From Camelus ferus (taxonomy: Eukaryota), in contig NC_045696.1 in assembly GCF_009834535.1 (NCBI RefSeq), positions 77,502,001-77,566,000 of the forward strand: 64,000 bases of DNA, written 5' to 3'. Both the position numbers and the translations under genes were made by a program. The notes beneath the pieces were generated by a model. The model did no database searches, was not told the origin of the DNA, and worked only from the letters and a program-made list of their open reading frames with translations. Every line of letters begins with the position of its first letter. The first letter of the stretch is position 1. This document shows, one piece after another, positions 53,179 to 64,000 of this stretch.

Positions 53179-55759
53179 GTGTACAAGTCTGCTGTTTATA
53201 TTTATGTGTGTCCGAAATATGTACAAGGTGGTGAGGTGAGGGGGCAGAGAACCAGAGGAAGAATTAAGAAAGCCTAGAATGCCCTGAGCCTGGAAGTCAG
53301 GGTTAGAAGCCTATTATTGCAGCCTATCTGGTTATAGGTTGTTGGGGCATCATCTTGAGAGATTTGAAAGATGCTACCATTTTCCTACCCCTCAGCTTGC
53401 CTAACTGAACACCATTACATGAGATAAATGTATATATGAAAATTTAGGGTGCCACAGAAAGGGACTTGGAGAGAAGTAAAACTGGGGGGAAAAACATGAA
53501 TTAAAGTAAAAAAAATATTGAAAGTAAATACTGATAAAAATAGGTAAATGCGTGTTAGGTGAATCAGACTCTCATGGTGAGGACTGAGATAGCTGGGCTA
53601 TACCCAACACATGTGCTGTTCTGCCCACTGTTTTCACTCTTACACAGTTCCATTTGAAGGGCCGTCTATAAGGGCTATTTCTATTCTTGCAGTATTCCCA
53701 GTGTCAAGATTCATGAGGTCAGATGTAAAGATGAATTTGTTGGTTAAGCTGTTCTCTCCTAAGGGCAAGAAGCTTAATCTTTTTTTTTTTTTTCTGACCT
53801 TGTCTTGTCTGGAGATGAATCAATGAATCAAGTTAGGAATAGTAAATCATGAATAAATGATTTATGCTTGTCTTGATCAAGTATGATAGATTACTTGGGT
53901 TCCTGACTATTACTGTATATAAAGATTTATATAATATACAAGTGACTGTGGATTGGAGAAAAAACTGAGAGTTTTCCCCAAGGATATAGTCCTGTGTAAC
54001 ACTGTAAATGTTACTCCAAGTGAGCTAGTCCTTGAGAGGATAATGACTGGATATGATCAATTCAGTATGATTTTTTGGAGTTATTAACTCATTCTTCCTC
54101 ATTATCACATCTTTTTCTTTTCCATTTAAAAGAATTTTTAGCCATAATATAATAATAATTTTTTTTATCAGTAATATGATACCAATAATTCCAAATCCAT
54201 TTAGTAACAAGTTTGTCTTACTGATCCAGTCATTCAAATTTCTGTAGTTTTTCACAATCTTGGACCAGCAATGAACTAAAAGGAAATTGACTATAGTCAG
54301 GGATGAACTAAGAGCTAAGTGATTGAGTTTCCTCTGGATAAGCTCTCATAGGCCATGTAATTCTGAGATAGTGGAGGGAGGGATGGAAAGGACATGCCAC
54401 CCCAAGAAAGCAAAGCCAATTCAACTTCCCAGGCTGCCATCTCCTAGAGATGAGCCAACTGATTCATCAACTTGTTGTGCATAATTTTCCGTGTAAGCCT
54501 TTTAAAAGAATAAATTGGGAGATGATTGACAAGTGATTATTTACTCTGGAATTGGGAGTGTATGTCACACACAGTATGTTGGAAGCTAAGGTTTGGGATG
54601 GAAAATAGTTTGATTTCCCTGGAAATTGAAATAACTATAGTTCTTCATAAACAGTATTACACAATGAAAAGCACTGCATGCCATGAATGTTGCTGTCATC
54701 AACAAAGTAGAAATCACGACAATGGTTTGAATTGTGTGCTTGGCAATCTGAGGACCCTGTAAAATCATTTTCTTGATCTTAAAAAATTATGTAAACGGTA
54801 ATCAGTGTAAGATACAAATCTACATACTATGCAATTTCTGTTCTTTCCGTATTATAAACAATCAAAGAATAAGAGTTTTTAATGTCAACCATACCTTTAC
54901 ATTTTCAAGGGGGATGAATTAATTTGAAAGGAAATGTTAAACATATTCTGTACTGTATATCCCAAGGGAATAAAAAAAAAATAACTAGGAAAATGCAGAT
55001 GCAGAGGATCTTGAGAAAACACATTGTCTTGATGAAACCCAGAGACTTCATAAGAAAGAGCACTGGGATATTTTCAATCTATTCCAAAGGAGAACATTTG
55101 ATCGCACTTTATGTAGATCACAGAAACACCCTTTGCTTTAATGAATAGTAAGGAGTAAAGCTTGTTTGTTTGCTTGTTTGTTTTCCACAGTCTTTTCTGA
55201 GGCTTTATTTTCTTTCTTGATATTGTGGTATTTCAAGTTCCATTCTGGGTGGATCTCTATGGATCTCTAACTTTTGAGAGCCATTTCATTTTTGAAATTC
55301 TTGGTCTCTTTAAAATTTTCATATCAGTAGTCCTCAGATACTAAAGGAAGATGGAAAAGGACATACGAGAAGCAATCTAAAATAGCTAACTGTACTATGT
55401 ACTGTAAGTAATATAAAGAAGAATTAGACTGAGCCATTATTCCTAAGAAACAGTATCTGTGGGAACAGAGCAGACATAGAGTCACACAAGTAGGCTAGAA
55501 CAAGAATCTTAGTATTCTGTGAGGTTGTGGGAGAGGAAGAGATCAGTTCTGTGAGGGGAGTTCAGTTCTTACTGGGGGCTTGTCGGTTTCAGGAAAAGCT
55601 TGTATTTAAAATCAATATTGAAATATGGAGAGGACTTTGAAATGTCAGGATATGGTAAAATGTATTATGTTAATAGGTAAGGTAGATATTAATAGGTAAG
55701 GTTAATGGATAATATGAATGGGCCATGTCTGTTGTAAATACTTTTCAAAGCACAGGGAC

Positions 55760-55930
55760 AGTAAAATAGCACAGCATTTGAACTTGGAAGATTTCAGTGT
55801 GTGTTTATCAGATAATTCACTTATAATCAAACTTAACTTTTCTGAGCCCAAGATTTCTTGACCATAAAATGAGGATAATGTTAAAACCCACACTGATGTT
55901 GTGACAAATGTGATCACGTGATTGGTTTGA
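55760..55930 (+). mobile_element. MIR SINE
   Basis: acttaactttttctgagcccaagatttcttgaccataaaatgaggataat. Confidence 0.7.
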
Positions 55931-57268
55931 TTAAAATAAAGCTTTCATTTCCCCACTTACTGCTGTCCACTGTGCTCTGTAAAATCCCCATCAACAGCTG
56001 AGCAAGGGGCTTCCTGAAAGATATCTCTGTGTGATTTCCTGCCTTTTCTTTCACTTTTATTAAAAACAATCTCATTTGAAGTTGAGACTAGGTTTCAAAC
56101 TTTAAAAATACTTCAGTTTCGGCACATAGACTTTTGGCTCCAGTCACATGGAGCAGAAAAGGGAGGGAGGTATCTTTCAGTCTCTCTTCTGTCTTCCTTT
56201 TTCCTCTCATGATGTTGGTCTTGGGACAAGGCAAAGAGAATTATAAATTGATCAATCCATAGAGAACAAAGATTGTTTTCTACAGAATTTTAATCATCCG
56301 TAGGAAGGTTGTACTCTTTTTTCCCCCCCTTTTGACTTAGCCTTTGTATGCATACTCTTTTTTATTCTCATAAATGTTTGAGTTAGAGTTTCTTGAAATC
56401 TTAGCACATGGCTTCTGGAGAGAAGAATGAAGGGGTGCTAGTGGTTTTTCAGATTTCAGAGTCAAGGGATCCTGGTCATTCTCCATCAGTAGACTGTTTT
56501 CTTTCGATAATTGGGACCACTGAGCATACACTCTGATTCTCAGAAGCCATCTTGGTTCAGGCCTTAGCCTCCAGCCCCATTCTTTCCTGATTTTCTCACG
56601 GCTGCCATCAACAAGTGACCCACATCTTGTCATATTTTTTCTGAGGTTTTCTGAGCTTTACCTCCTCTGAGTCCTGTGAACACTTTTCAAACCTACTCTC
56701 AATTCGTCCCCCGAGGGCTTACATTCTTTTCCATCTCAGCGTGGCTCACAGCACTTACCTCTGAGGCAAGGCCTTCCTACTCTTTGAGTGTAAATACTTT
56801 CCTGGAGATTTCTGAGACCTTCTGCCGGTTAGACCCCTTTGCAATCCCCGCTTGGTTCACAGCATTGTTTCAATTTCCTGTATGGGCTTCCTGCCAGCCT
56901 CTGACTTTGTTCACTTATGTGCCATTTGGAGCTTGTCAGTTTTCTTCAAGTTTAAATAAACGTATAATTTATGCGTGCTTTCTATTTTTCTTTCTTTTTT
57001 TCAAAGAGTGATAATATTCAAATCTAAGCTGCTGCCGTGTTTCTAATGGAAACACATCTTCGTTGAATTTTATGACTGCAACATCCTCATGTATCTCTCA
57101 AATTTTTAAATATATTTAATACAACACTCCAATCTGCTTAGTTTTGATAGGTGAAATTCTCCTTAGACCCTGCTGCCTCTAATTTTTGCAGATTGGGGTA
57201 ATGAAACTGTGGGTAATCATTAGTCAAATCTGTTTCACCTGCCTTCACTAATCAAGGTCGTTTTTTAT

Positions 57269-57764
57269 TGTTGTGAGAAAAGACTTGATTGTCCTCTAAG
57301 CAGCACGTGGCCTAAATAAGACATTTGCCTGAATTACTTTCCAGGAATTTGGAGTCAGCTGCTAGTCAACCTAGTTTGAGCTAAGCTAGTTGAGACTGGA
57401 TAAAACCCCTGACCCTCCAACTGGGCATGCGTGAGTGTTCGGCACTCTATCCTCAGATCTTGCTAACAGCGTCCAATTTAGACCCTGCAAAAGACTGCAG
57501 CCTAGTTACCGGGGCCAGGACTACAATCACCGCACCTTTGCCCAATCCCCTCTCCCACACTCCCCACACGTGGGGCCGCCCTGCTGCTTGATTGGTTATC
57601 CCTCAAATACCCAGAGCCCCTTGCCTCGGAGGAGGCGGGGCTATTTGTTTTCCTGGTTCCTCTCTTGGCTGCCTTGTGAATAAATCCGCTCTTTGCCGCA
57701 AACCGCGGCATTCTCTGGGCTTTGGCTTGCCGCAGGCTGGGCAAACAGACCTGGTTCCGCGACA
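57269..57764 (+). mobile_element. ERV1-type LTR (family not assigned), CpG-rich
   Basis: LTR-like layout: GC-rich U3, degenerate TATA (ccctcaaataccc), AATAAA at 57679-57684, U5-like ctttgccgcaaacc...tttggcttgccgcaggctgggcaaacagacctggttccgcgaca ending in CA; 5' boundary uncertain. Confidence 0.65.
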
Positions 57765-57791
57765 GTGGCAGGGAAGGACAAGAAGGTGAGT
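57420..57791 (+). promoter_or_regulatory. Candidate LTR-derived promoter/first exon ending at the splice donor AAG|GTGAGT (57785/57786)
   Basis: 16 CpG counted by eye in 57421-57780; CCAAT at 57473 and 57542; TGATTGGTT 57589-57597; GGAGGCGGGGC 57631-57641; CACGTG 57567-57572; GGACTACAATC 57518-57528. Confidence 0.45.
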
Positions 57792-58814
57792 TTGTGAGAA
57801 TGACAAAACCTCATGGCGTGCATGTAGACTACGTCAGTCTGAGCATGGGTACTCTCCATGTGTCTTTGGGGTGGGCAATCCTCGAGAATGCTCTCTGACC
57901 CAAGTTCCTTCACCTTCTGCTTAAACATGGAGGCAGATACCCCAGTGCGGCTTTGTGGGCAAAGAGGGGGCAATGTAAGCGCAGGTGGACCCACTTGGAT
58001 GCTAATACTAGTGGTCTCAAGTTTTCACCTGTTTAGTTGCTCCTGGCTCTGTGGCTCTGGGATTCCTCCTGAAGGCTATAAAGCCCTCCTTTTTTGATAT
58101 TATTCTTCTCTATGCATTCTTGGATGACTGGAATTTCTTATGTTTTCTGGTCCACTCAGGGAACCTCTTCCAGCTTAGGTTAATTTTTTTCTTGTTATTT
58201 CATTTTTTTGGGATATAAGATGGGTCAGAAAGGCTATAATGTATCTTTAGATCTCTACTTTTAGCTGGAAATCAAGTTTCCTTCACTTTCCATTATTTTG
58301 GTCATGTTCCTTTGGATATAGTCTTGTTTATCAGTGTTGTTCTTTTAAATTCGTGCACAGTACTGAATAAAACATTCTGTTAGCTCTGTCATAACAAATA
58401 TGTCGGCCATCAGCTCCCTTGCCCTGCATTATATTTCTATGAATTTAGTATAAGATTAGATTAACACATTTTGGTAGTCATACCACATTCCTTCTTACAG
58501 AAATTAACACCAAAAAAAATTTTTTTTGGTAGATATAGTGATGGTAAGCTAGGCATTCCATATCTTAGTTGAATTTTTGCAGTTGAATTTTTGACCCATT
58601 TCACTCCTTTATTACAATCTTTTTGGATTTGGTTTGCTGTCTAATTTATTACCTATCACTGCATGTTTTCGTATAAATTATGATCTATATGGCCAAAGCT
58701 AAAAATAACTTTTTCAAAGGACTATTGTATTTTTTTGTTGAATACACAATTCACATACTAACTAATTTTAGGGACAGATTTTTAAATGTTATTTTCCATA
58801 CTTTTCTAGAGAAA

Positions 58815-59050
58815 CTATTCATTCATTAAATACTTGTTGAGCACCAAGTTGACCTCTAGACCCTAGAGATACAGCAAGTCAAATAGACTCTCATGGAGCT
58901 TGCTGGTGAGAGACAAGGGTGAGACTGTTTATACAAATACACTCACACAAACCCACACTCAAATTTCAAAGAACAGTATCAGTGAAAGATTATTGTTTTA
59001 CAGAGAAGTAAACAAGATGATTTGATAGTTCCTGGGTGGCCACTGTAGAC
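58815..59050 (-). mobile_element. L2 3'-end fragment
   Basis: attcattcattaaatacttgttgagcacc...ctctcatggagctt. Confidence 0.65.
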
Positions 59051-60259
59051 TTCCTGCTCCTAGTAAGTTATTGTCTTCTTGTTTACATACTAAGAAGTCT
59101 TCAAGAACATGTAACTTGAGAACATTTCCTGAACAGTTTCTAGCTACAGCCTTTCACATACCAGGGTGACGTAAAGCAAGTAAGTCTTCAAAATAAAATT
59201 TCATCAAGGATACCTAGCCAGGCGAGCCCCTAGGTAACCTAAGGGAGTGAGAATTACAATTCTCAAGTAAGTGGATGGTGTTATATATATTATAAATTTG
59301 GTTGCACCCATTAAGCAAATAAATCCAATGTTTTGTGTTTACTTTGATTATGATGAAAATATTTCCTGTTTTAACTTGGATGATCTAAATTTAATGTTAG
59401 AGAAATTGAGGCAATAGTATATACATGTAAAATTTTATATATATATGTAGGTGCGTTTTTTTTCCTGCAAATAATTACTTTGTCTTAGCAAAAATTGAGA
59501 TTTTATAGCTAAAATCTATTTATTTCCCACTTGCTCAAGTTCTAATGTTGTTGCAGGTTGTTACTCTAGAATTATTCACAGGTGGCCTTTGCTTTTGGAT
59601 CCCTTACTTATTTTAATCTTATAATTTTTTTCCAAAATTAATGCCCCCATAATGTCTATTCCCTTCCATAATTTTCACTCCATTGTCTAATCTGGGGGAA
59701 AATATGCGTTTCCATTCACTGGCGGTTGCAGTAGAAATTGGCATTGTCTGTAATAGTAAAATAACTATTGAAATTTAGAATTCATGGAGATCTTCCATTT
59801 CAAGATGGCAGATTAAATATAACATTTTTCCCCCTTACCATTTTAAAGCCCCATTAAAATGATAAAAAACAAATCAGAAGCAGAGGAAATTTTGTAGCAA
59901 CAGACAAAATTGGAACAGTGCATTGCTGGACAAGTGTTTTCCATAGGTTTCCTAAAGTAGAAAATAGAGTGATTTTCCAAGGAAAAGGTACAGAAACATC
60001 TGCCTCTAAGGATGGAGGCCACATTGGTGATGATTGGAAACAAGTAGAGATGCTCCTCTCTCTTACCTTTGCCTCTCACCACCTCTCCCATGAGGAGGGC
60101 ACTCCAGTGCTCAGTTGAACTGACACTTAAAGTCACATGGGGCAGAACTCTCCCTGGGCCTGTTGAAAAGTTTAAGCTCACAGAGGTATGTTACTTTCTC
60201 TTTCCTTTTTCAGGCAAGAGGATTAAGATTATCCAGACTCTTCCAAGCAGCTTTCATTT

Positions 60260-60720
60260 TTCCTTTTAATCATCTAATGAAGAAGTATATATTGGATGCC
60301 TACTTGGTGCCGAACACACAAGGCATTTGAGATCAAATGGTGAGTAAATAAGACATTGATTTTATGTTTATAAAATCTACATTCTGGTGAGGGAATCCAT
60401 CATACATACACACACACACACTCAAAAATTACAACTGAAATAATTTCCATGACAGAAAAGTTCATGTTTCTTTGGGAACAAACAATAGGAGTATTTGATA
60501 TGTCCTGGCACAATTTCATAAAAAGGTGAAAATCTACCTGGAATCTGAAGGATGAGCAGGAGGACCTAATGAGCAAATCGAGAAGGTAAGTGCATCCCCA
60601 GCAGTGACAACAGTATGTGTAAAGAAAGCCCTGTCTCAGGAAGGTGCCAGGAAAGCTCAAGATTATAACAAAAGGCCAATGAGATTAGACACGTGGGTAT
60701 GGCCAGCATATACAGGGCAG
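60260..60720 (-). mobile_element. L2 3' region
   Basis: tattggatgcctacttggtgcc...atggtgagtaaataagaca...gaatctgaaggatgagcagga...cagtatgtgtaaag. Confidence 0.65.
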
Positions 60721-60729
60721 CATAAGATG

Positions 60730-61234
60730 TGTGATGGTTAATTTTGTGTGCTACCTTGTCTGAACCACAGGATGCCCAGAGAGTTGGTTCAATATTATTT
60801 CCAGATGTGTCTGTGGCAGTGTTTCTGAAAGAAATTAACATCTGAGTTGGTGGGCTGAGTAAAGTAGATTGCCCTCCCCAGTGAGGGTGGATATCATCCA
60901 ATTCCTGGAGAAACTGAATAGAACAAAACTGCAGAGGGTGGATAAGTTCACTCTCTGCCCAGCTGAGCTGGACCATCAATCTTCACTGCCCTCAGTGCTC
61001 CTGGTTCTCAGGCTTTCAGTCTTGAACTGGAATCTACACCAACAGCTCTCCAGCTTTCAGGCTTTCCAGCTAAACCACTGACTTTCCTGGGTCTCCAGCT
61101 TGCAGATGGCATATAATGGGACTTAACCTCCATAATCGCATAAGCCAGTGCCTTATATTAAATCTCTTCTAGATACATGCATATATATGTATTTCCTGTT
61201 GTTTCTGGTTCTCTAGAGAACCCTGACTAATACA
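60730..61234 (+). mobile_element. ERVL solo LTR, MLT2 family (MLT2B-like)
   Basis: tgtgatggttaattttgtgtg...gggctgagtaaagtagattgccctcccca...tttcctgggtctccagcttgcagatggca...gagaaccctgactaataca. Confidence 0.92.
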
Positions 61235-61382
61235 ACATACTAAGATCTAATTGTTTATAGAATTATGGGATTAAATCATTCTCCTTAAAATTTGAAAGTG
61301 TTGATGATAGTCTGATTTTAGTTAGACCTGTTGTAATTTGATTTTTTTAAAAAATAACTTTGTTTTGGTAACATTCTGTACA

Positions 61383-63225
61383 AGAGCCTTGCTGGACAGA
61401 GTATTCTTGGTTGTAGGTTTTTCCCTTCCTTCACTTTGAATATGTCATGCCCTTCCTTCTGGCCTGTAGAGTTTCTGCTGAAAAATCAGCTGATAACCTT
61501 ATGGGAGCTCCCTTGTATGCTATTTGTTGCATTTCTCTTGCTGATTTTAATATATTCTACTTACCCTTAATCGTTGTCAGTTTGATGACTATGTGCCTTG
61601 GTATGTTCCTCTTTGGGTTGACCTTGTGTGGAACTCTGTGCTTCCTGGGCTTGAGTGACTTTCTTTCCAAGCTGGGGAAGTTTTTGGTTATTATCTCTTC
61701 AAAATTTTTTTCAGGTCCTTTCTCTCTCTCTCCTCTTTCTGTGACCCCTGTAATATGAATATTAGTGTTCTTCATATTGTCCCAGAGTTCTCTTAAAATA
61801 CTCTAATTTCTTTTCATTCTTTTTTCTCTTCTGCAGTCATGATTTCCACTAATCTGTCTTCTAGCTCATTGATCCGTACTTCTGCCTCATTTAGTCTATT
61901 CTTGGTTCCTTCTAGTGTGTTATTCATTTCACTGATTTTATTCTTCAACTCTGGTTGTTCTTTATACTTTCTAACTCTTTGCTACAAACTTCACTCTGCA
62001 TCTCTTCTCCTCCTGAGCTCTCTGATCATCTTCACAATCATTACTCTTCCTTGGGTAGATTGTTTATTCCATCACCACTTATTTCTTCTTCTGCAATTTT
62101 ATCTTGTGACTTTGCCTAGAACATGTTCCTCTACCGCCTCATTTGGTCTAAGTTTTTATTTGTATTTTTGTGTAGGGTAGTTATTTTCTCGACCTTGGAG
62201 GAGGGCCCTCTGTAGGAGGTACCCTAAGCGTTCCGGCAGTGCCCTCCCCTCCCATCACCCAGGAGCCTGTGGCAGCTGGTCCCAGGGTAGATTCTGACCT
62301 GTGTTTATGGACTTGGTTTTGCAGTTTGTGAGATCAAAGTTTTCTAGCTTCTAATGTCTGCCCCTTGGTGGGTGAGACAGGTCCTGGAGGCTGATGTAGG
62401 CTTCCGGGTCGGGGAGGCTGGAACCTGCCCACTGCTGGGTGGAGCTGGTTCTTTCTGGTGGGCCGGGCTGTGTGTAGCGGCAGCTGTGGGGTCAGCCTTA
62501 GGCTGTGTCTGCTGATGGGTGGGGATATGTCCCCATCTAGTTAGTTGTCTGGCCTGAGGCATCCCAGTTCTGGAGCCTAAAGGCTGTTGCATGGGGCCAA
62601 GTCTTGGTGCTAATGTCCAAGAAAGATGTCAGCCTTCAGGAAGGAGAGTTCATTCAGATGAACATCCCTGACTGTCTGCCACTGTCTGCCACTATGTCTA
62701 TGCCCCCAGGGTGACCACAGCCACCACATACTCGCCCAGGAGACCCCCAAGCACATCAGGTAGGTCCAGCCCAGGCTTCTGTGAAATTACTGCTTTTGTT
62801 CTTGGTCCCAGTGAGCGTGGGATTTTCTGTGCGACCGTTAAGCATATAGTCTTTGATTCCTCCAGTAATCGAGGCCCACTGGCCTTCAGAGCCAACATTC
62901 TGGGGACTCCTTTTCCGGGTGCCAGACCCCCAGACTGAGGAGTCTGATGTGGTACTCGAAACTCTCACTCCCATGGGAAAACCTCTGCCATGTAATTATT
63001 CCCCAGTGTGTGGGTCGCCCACCTGGAGGGTGTGGGACCTGATTATACTACGAGTTGGCCCCTCCTGTCAGTCATCTTGTGGTTTCTTCGTTTTTAGCCA
63101 CAGAAGATGCTTTCTGGTAGTTTCCAGTCTTTTTATTGCTAGTTATTCTGCAGTTAGTCATGGTTTTGGTTTGTCTGTGAGAGGAGGTGAGCTCCAGCTC
63201 CTACTCTGCCATCTTGGTCACCCTC
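61383..63225 (-). mobile_element. L1 5'UTR plus partial ORF1 (laurasiatherian/artiodactyl-type), lacking ORF2 and 3' end
   Basis: Minus ORF 61557-61775 NIHITGVTERGEREKGPEKNFEEIITKNFPSL...PRHIVIKL is L1 ORF1p; the minus strand begins ccaagatggcagagtagg (YY1-type L1 start). Confidence 0.9.
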
Positions 63226-63409
63226 TGCTTTGTTTTTACTTTCTAGAACATTTAAAACTTGGTGCTTTAAATTTTTACAGCATGTTTATGGTGACAAATC
63301 AGTAGGACCTTACAATGATTGTGCTCTCATTTTACCAAATTATCCTCCATTATTTTTTGTTAGTCTTCTCCCTCCATTTTTTCTGTTTTTTTTTTTATTA
63401 CAAACTCTC

Positions 63410-63663
63410 GATATTTTTATTGAATTAAATTTTAACATAAATTTATCAGTTTTAAGTATACATTTTGAGGTTTGACAGATCTATTCAGTTACATAACCAC
63501 ACCCACAATCAAGATATAAAACATGTCCATCACCTCAAAAGTTGTCCTTTGCCCATTTTGCAATAAATGCCTTACCCTGCATCCTAGCATACCCTAATCC
63601 GGTTCTGCCACTATAAATTTGCCTTTTCTAGGAGTTCATGTAAATGCAGTATTACATGATGTA
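63410..63663 (-). mobile_element. Old L1 3' end (L1MB-like)
   Basis: cacaatcaagatataaaacatgtccatcacctcaaaagtt...tttgccttttctaggagttcatgtaaatg. Confidence 0.8.
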
Positions 63664-63689
63664 ATTGCCAAGCGGTTCCCAAGCAGCAG

Positions 63690-64000
63690 CACAGTGGTAG
63701 AAGTTGCTAGATTGGCTTGCCAGAGACCCATAAATTTGGCTGGTAAGTGGACAATACTCCAGTTGGATTTTGAGAGTTTATTACACACAGCACAACAGAC
63801 AGCATAAGCTTCATGTTGTCACCCATTTACCTTGCCCCCTCAAGTTCCATGGTGGGTGGTGCAAGGTGGGCCCAGGAGATTGCTGCACATTAGTGGATCT
63901 GTTAACAGCTAAGGACCCCTGAGTTAGGATACCTCTGGTCTTTTTAATAAGTTGTCATCAATCTACCCACCCTTTGCCCCAACAGGGAGACAATGTCATT
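63690..64000 (-). mobile_element. Probable ERVL LTR (MER74/MER73-like), runs off the window
   Basis: gtttattacacacagcacaacagacagcataagc...aagttccatggtgggtggtgcaaggtgggcccagg. Confidence 0.4.

Noticed and set aside
57435..58097. Six overlapping ORFs
   Set aside because: By-product of high GC content in the LTR; no coding signal.
9299..58593. Scattered 10-20 bp tandem duplications (near 9299, 31671, 39808, 43991, 55670, 58568)
   Set aside because: Ordinary slippage products; no shared unit or spacer structure, so not a CRISPR-like array.
60566..61081. 137-aa and 70-aa ORFs
   Set aside because: Derived from MLT2 LTR and L2 sequence.
61447..63305. Cluster of longer ORFs (up to 150 aa) on both strands
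   Set aside because: All lie within the L1 5'UTR/ORF1; only 61557-61775 shows recognisable homology, and it is to L1 ORF1p.
1..64000. Prokaryote-type systems (CRISPR, operons, IS elements, defence islands)
   Set aside because: The sequence is clearly mammalian repeat-rich non-coding DNA with no long ORFs or regularly spaced repeats.

Overview
AT-rich, CpG-depleted placental-mammal genomic DNA, intergenic or deep intronic in character. I found no convincing protein-coding gene, tRNA, rRNA or CRISPR array. The ORF track consists of short chance ORFs plus decayed LINE-1 ORF1/ORF2 fragments. A large part of the window is ancient interspersed repeat: MIR, L2, L3/CR1, old L1, MLT1/MLT2/ERVL LTRs and hAT/Tigger DNA transposons. 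One young L1 3' end with a target-site duplication (29031-29188), together with the apparent absence of lineage SINEs (Alu, B1/B2, Bov-A/tA, PRE1, CAN), suggests a camelid genome; this is an inference. The best functional candidate is a CpG-rich ERV-type LTR at about 57270-57764. It carries NF-Y, GC-box, E-box and ZNF143-type motifs, is followed by a consensus splice donor, and has a plausible non-coding second exon at 60214-60339, which would fit an LTR-driven transcript. Other items are a dense hairpin cluster (6017-6290), a nested MLT1-in-MER58A insertion with both TSDs readable, templated-insertion scars, a diverged local duplication and two rearranged L1s. Repeat family names come from recalled consensus sequences, not a search, and most boundaries are approximate. 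I see no solid evidence for a previously undescribed biological system.
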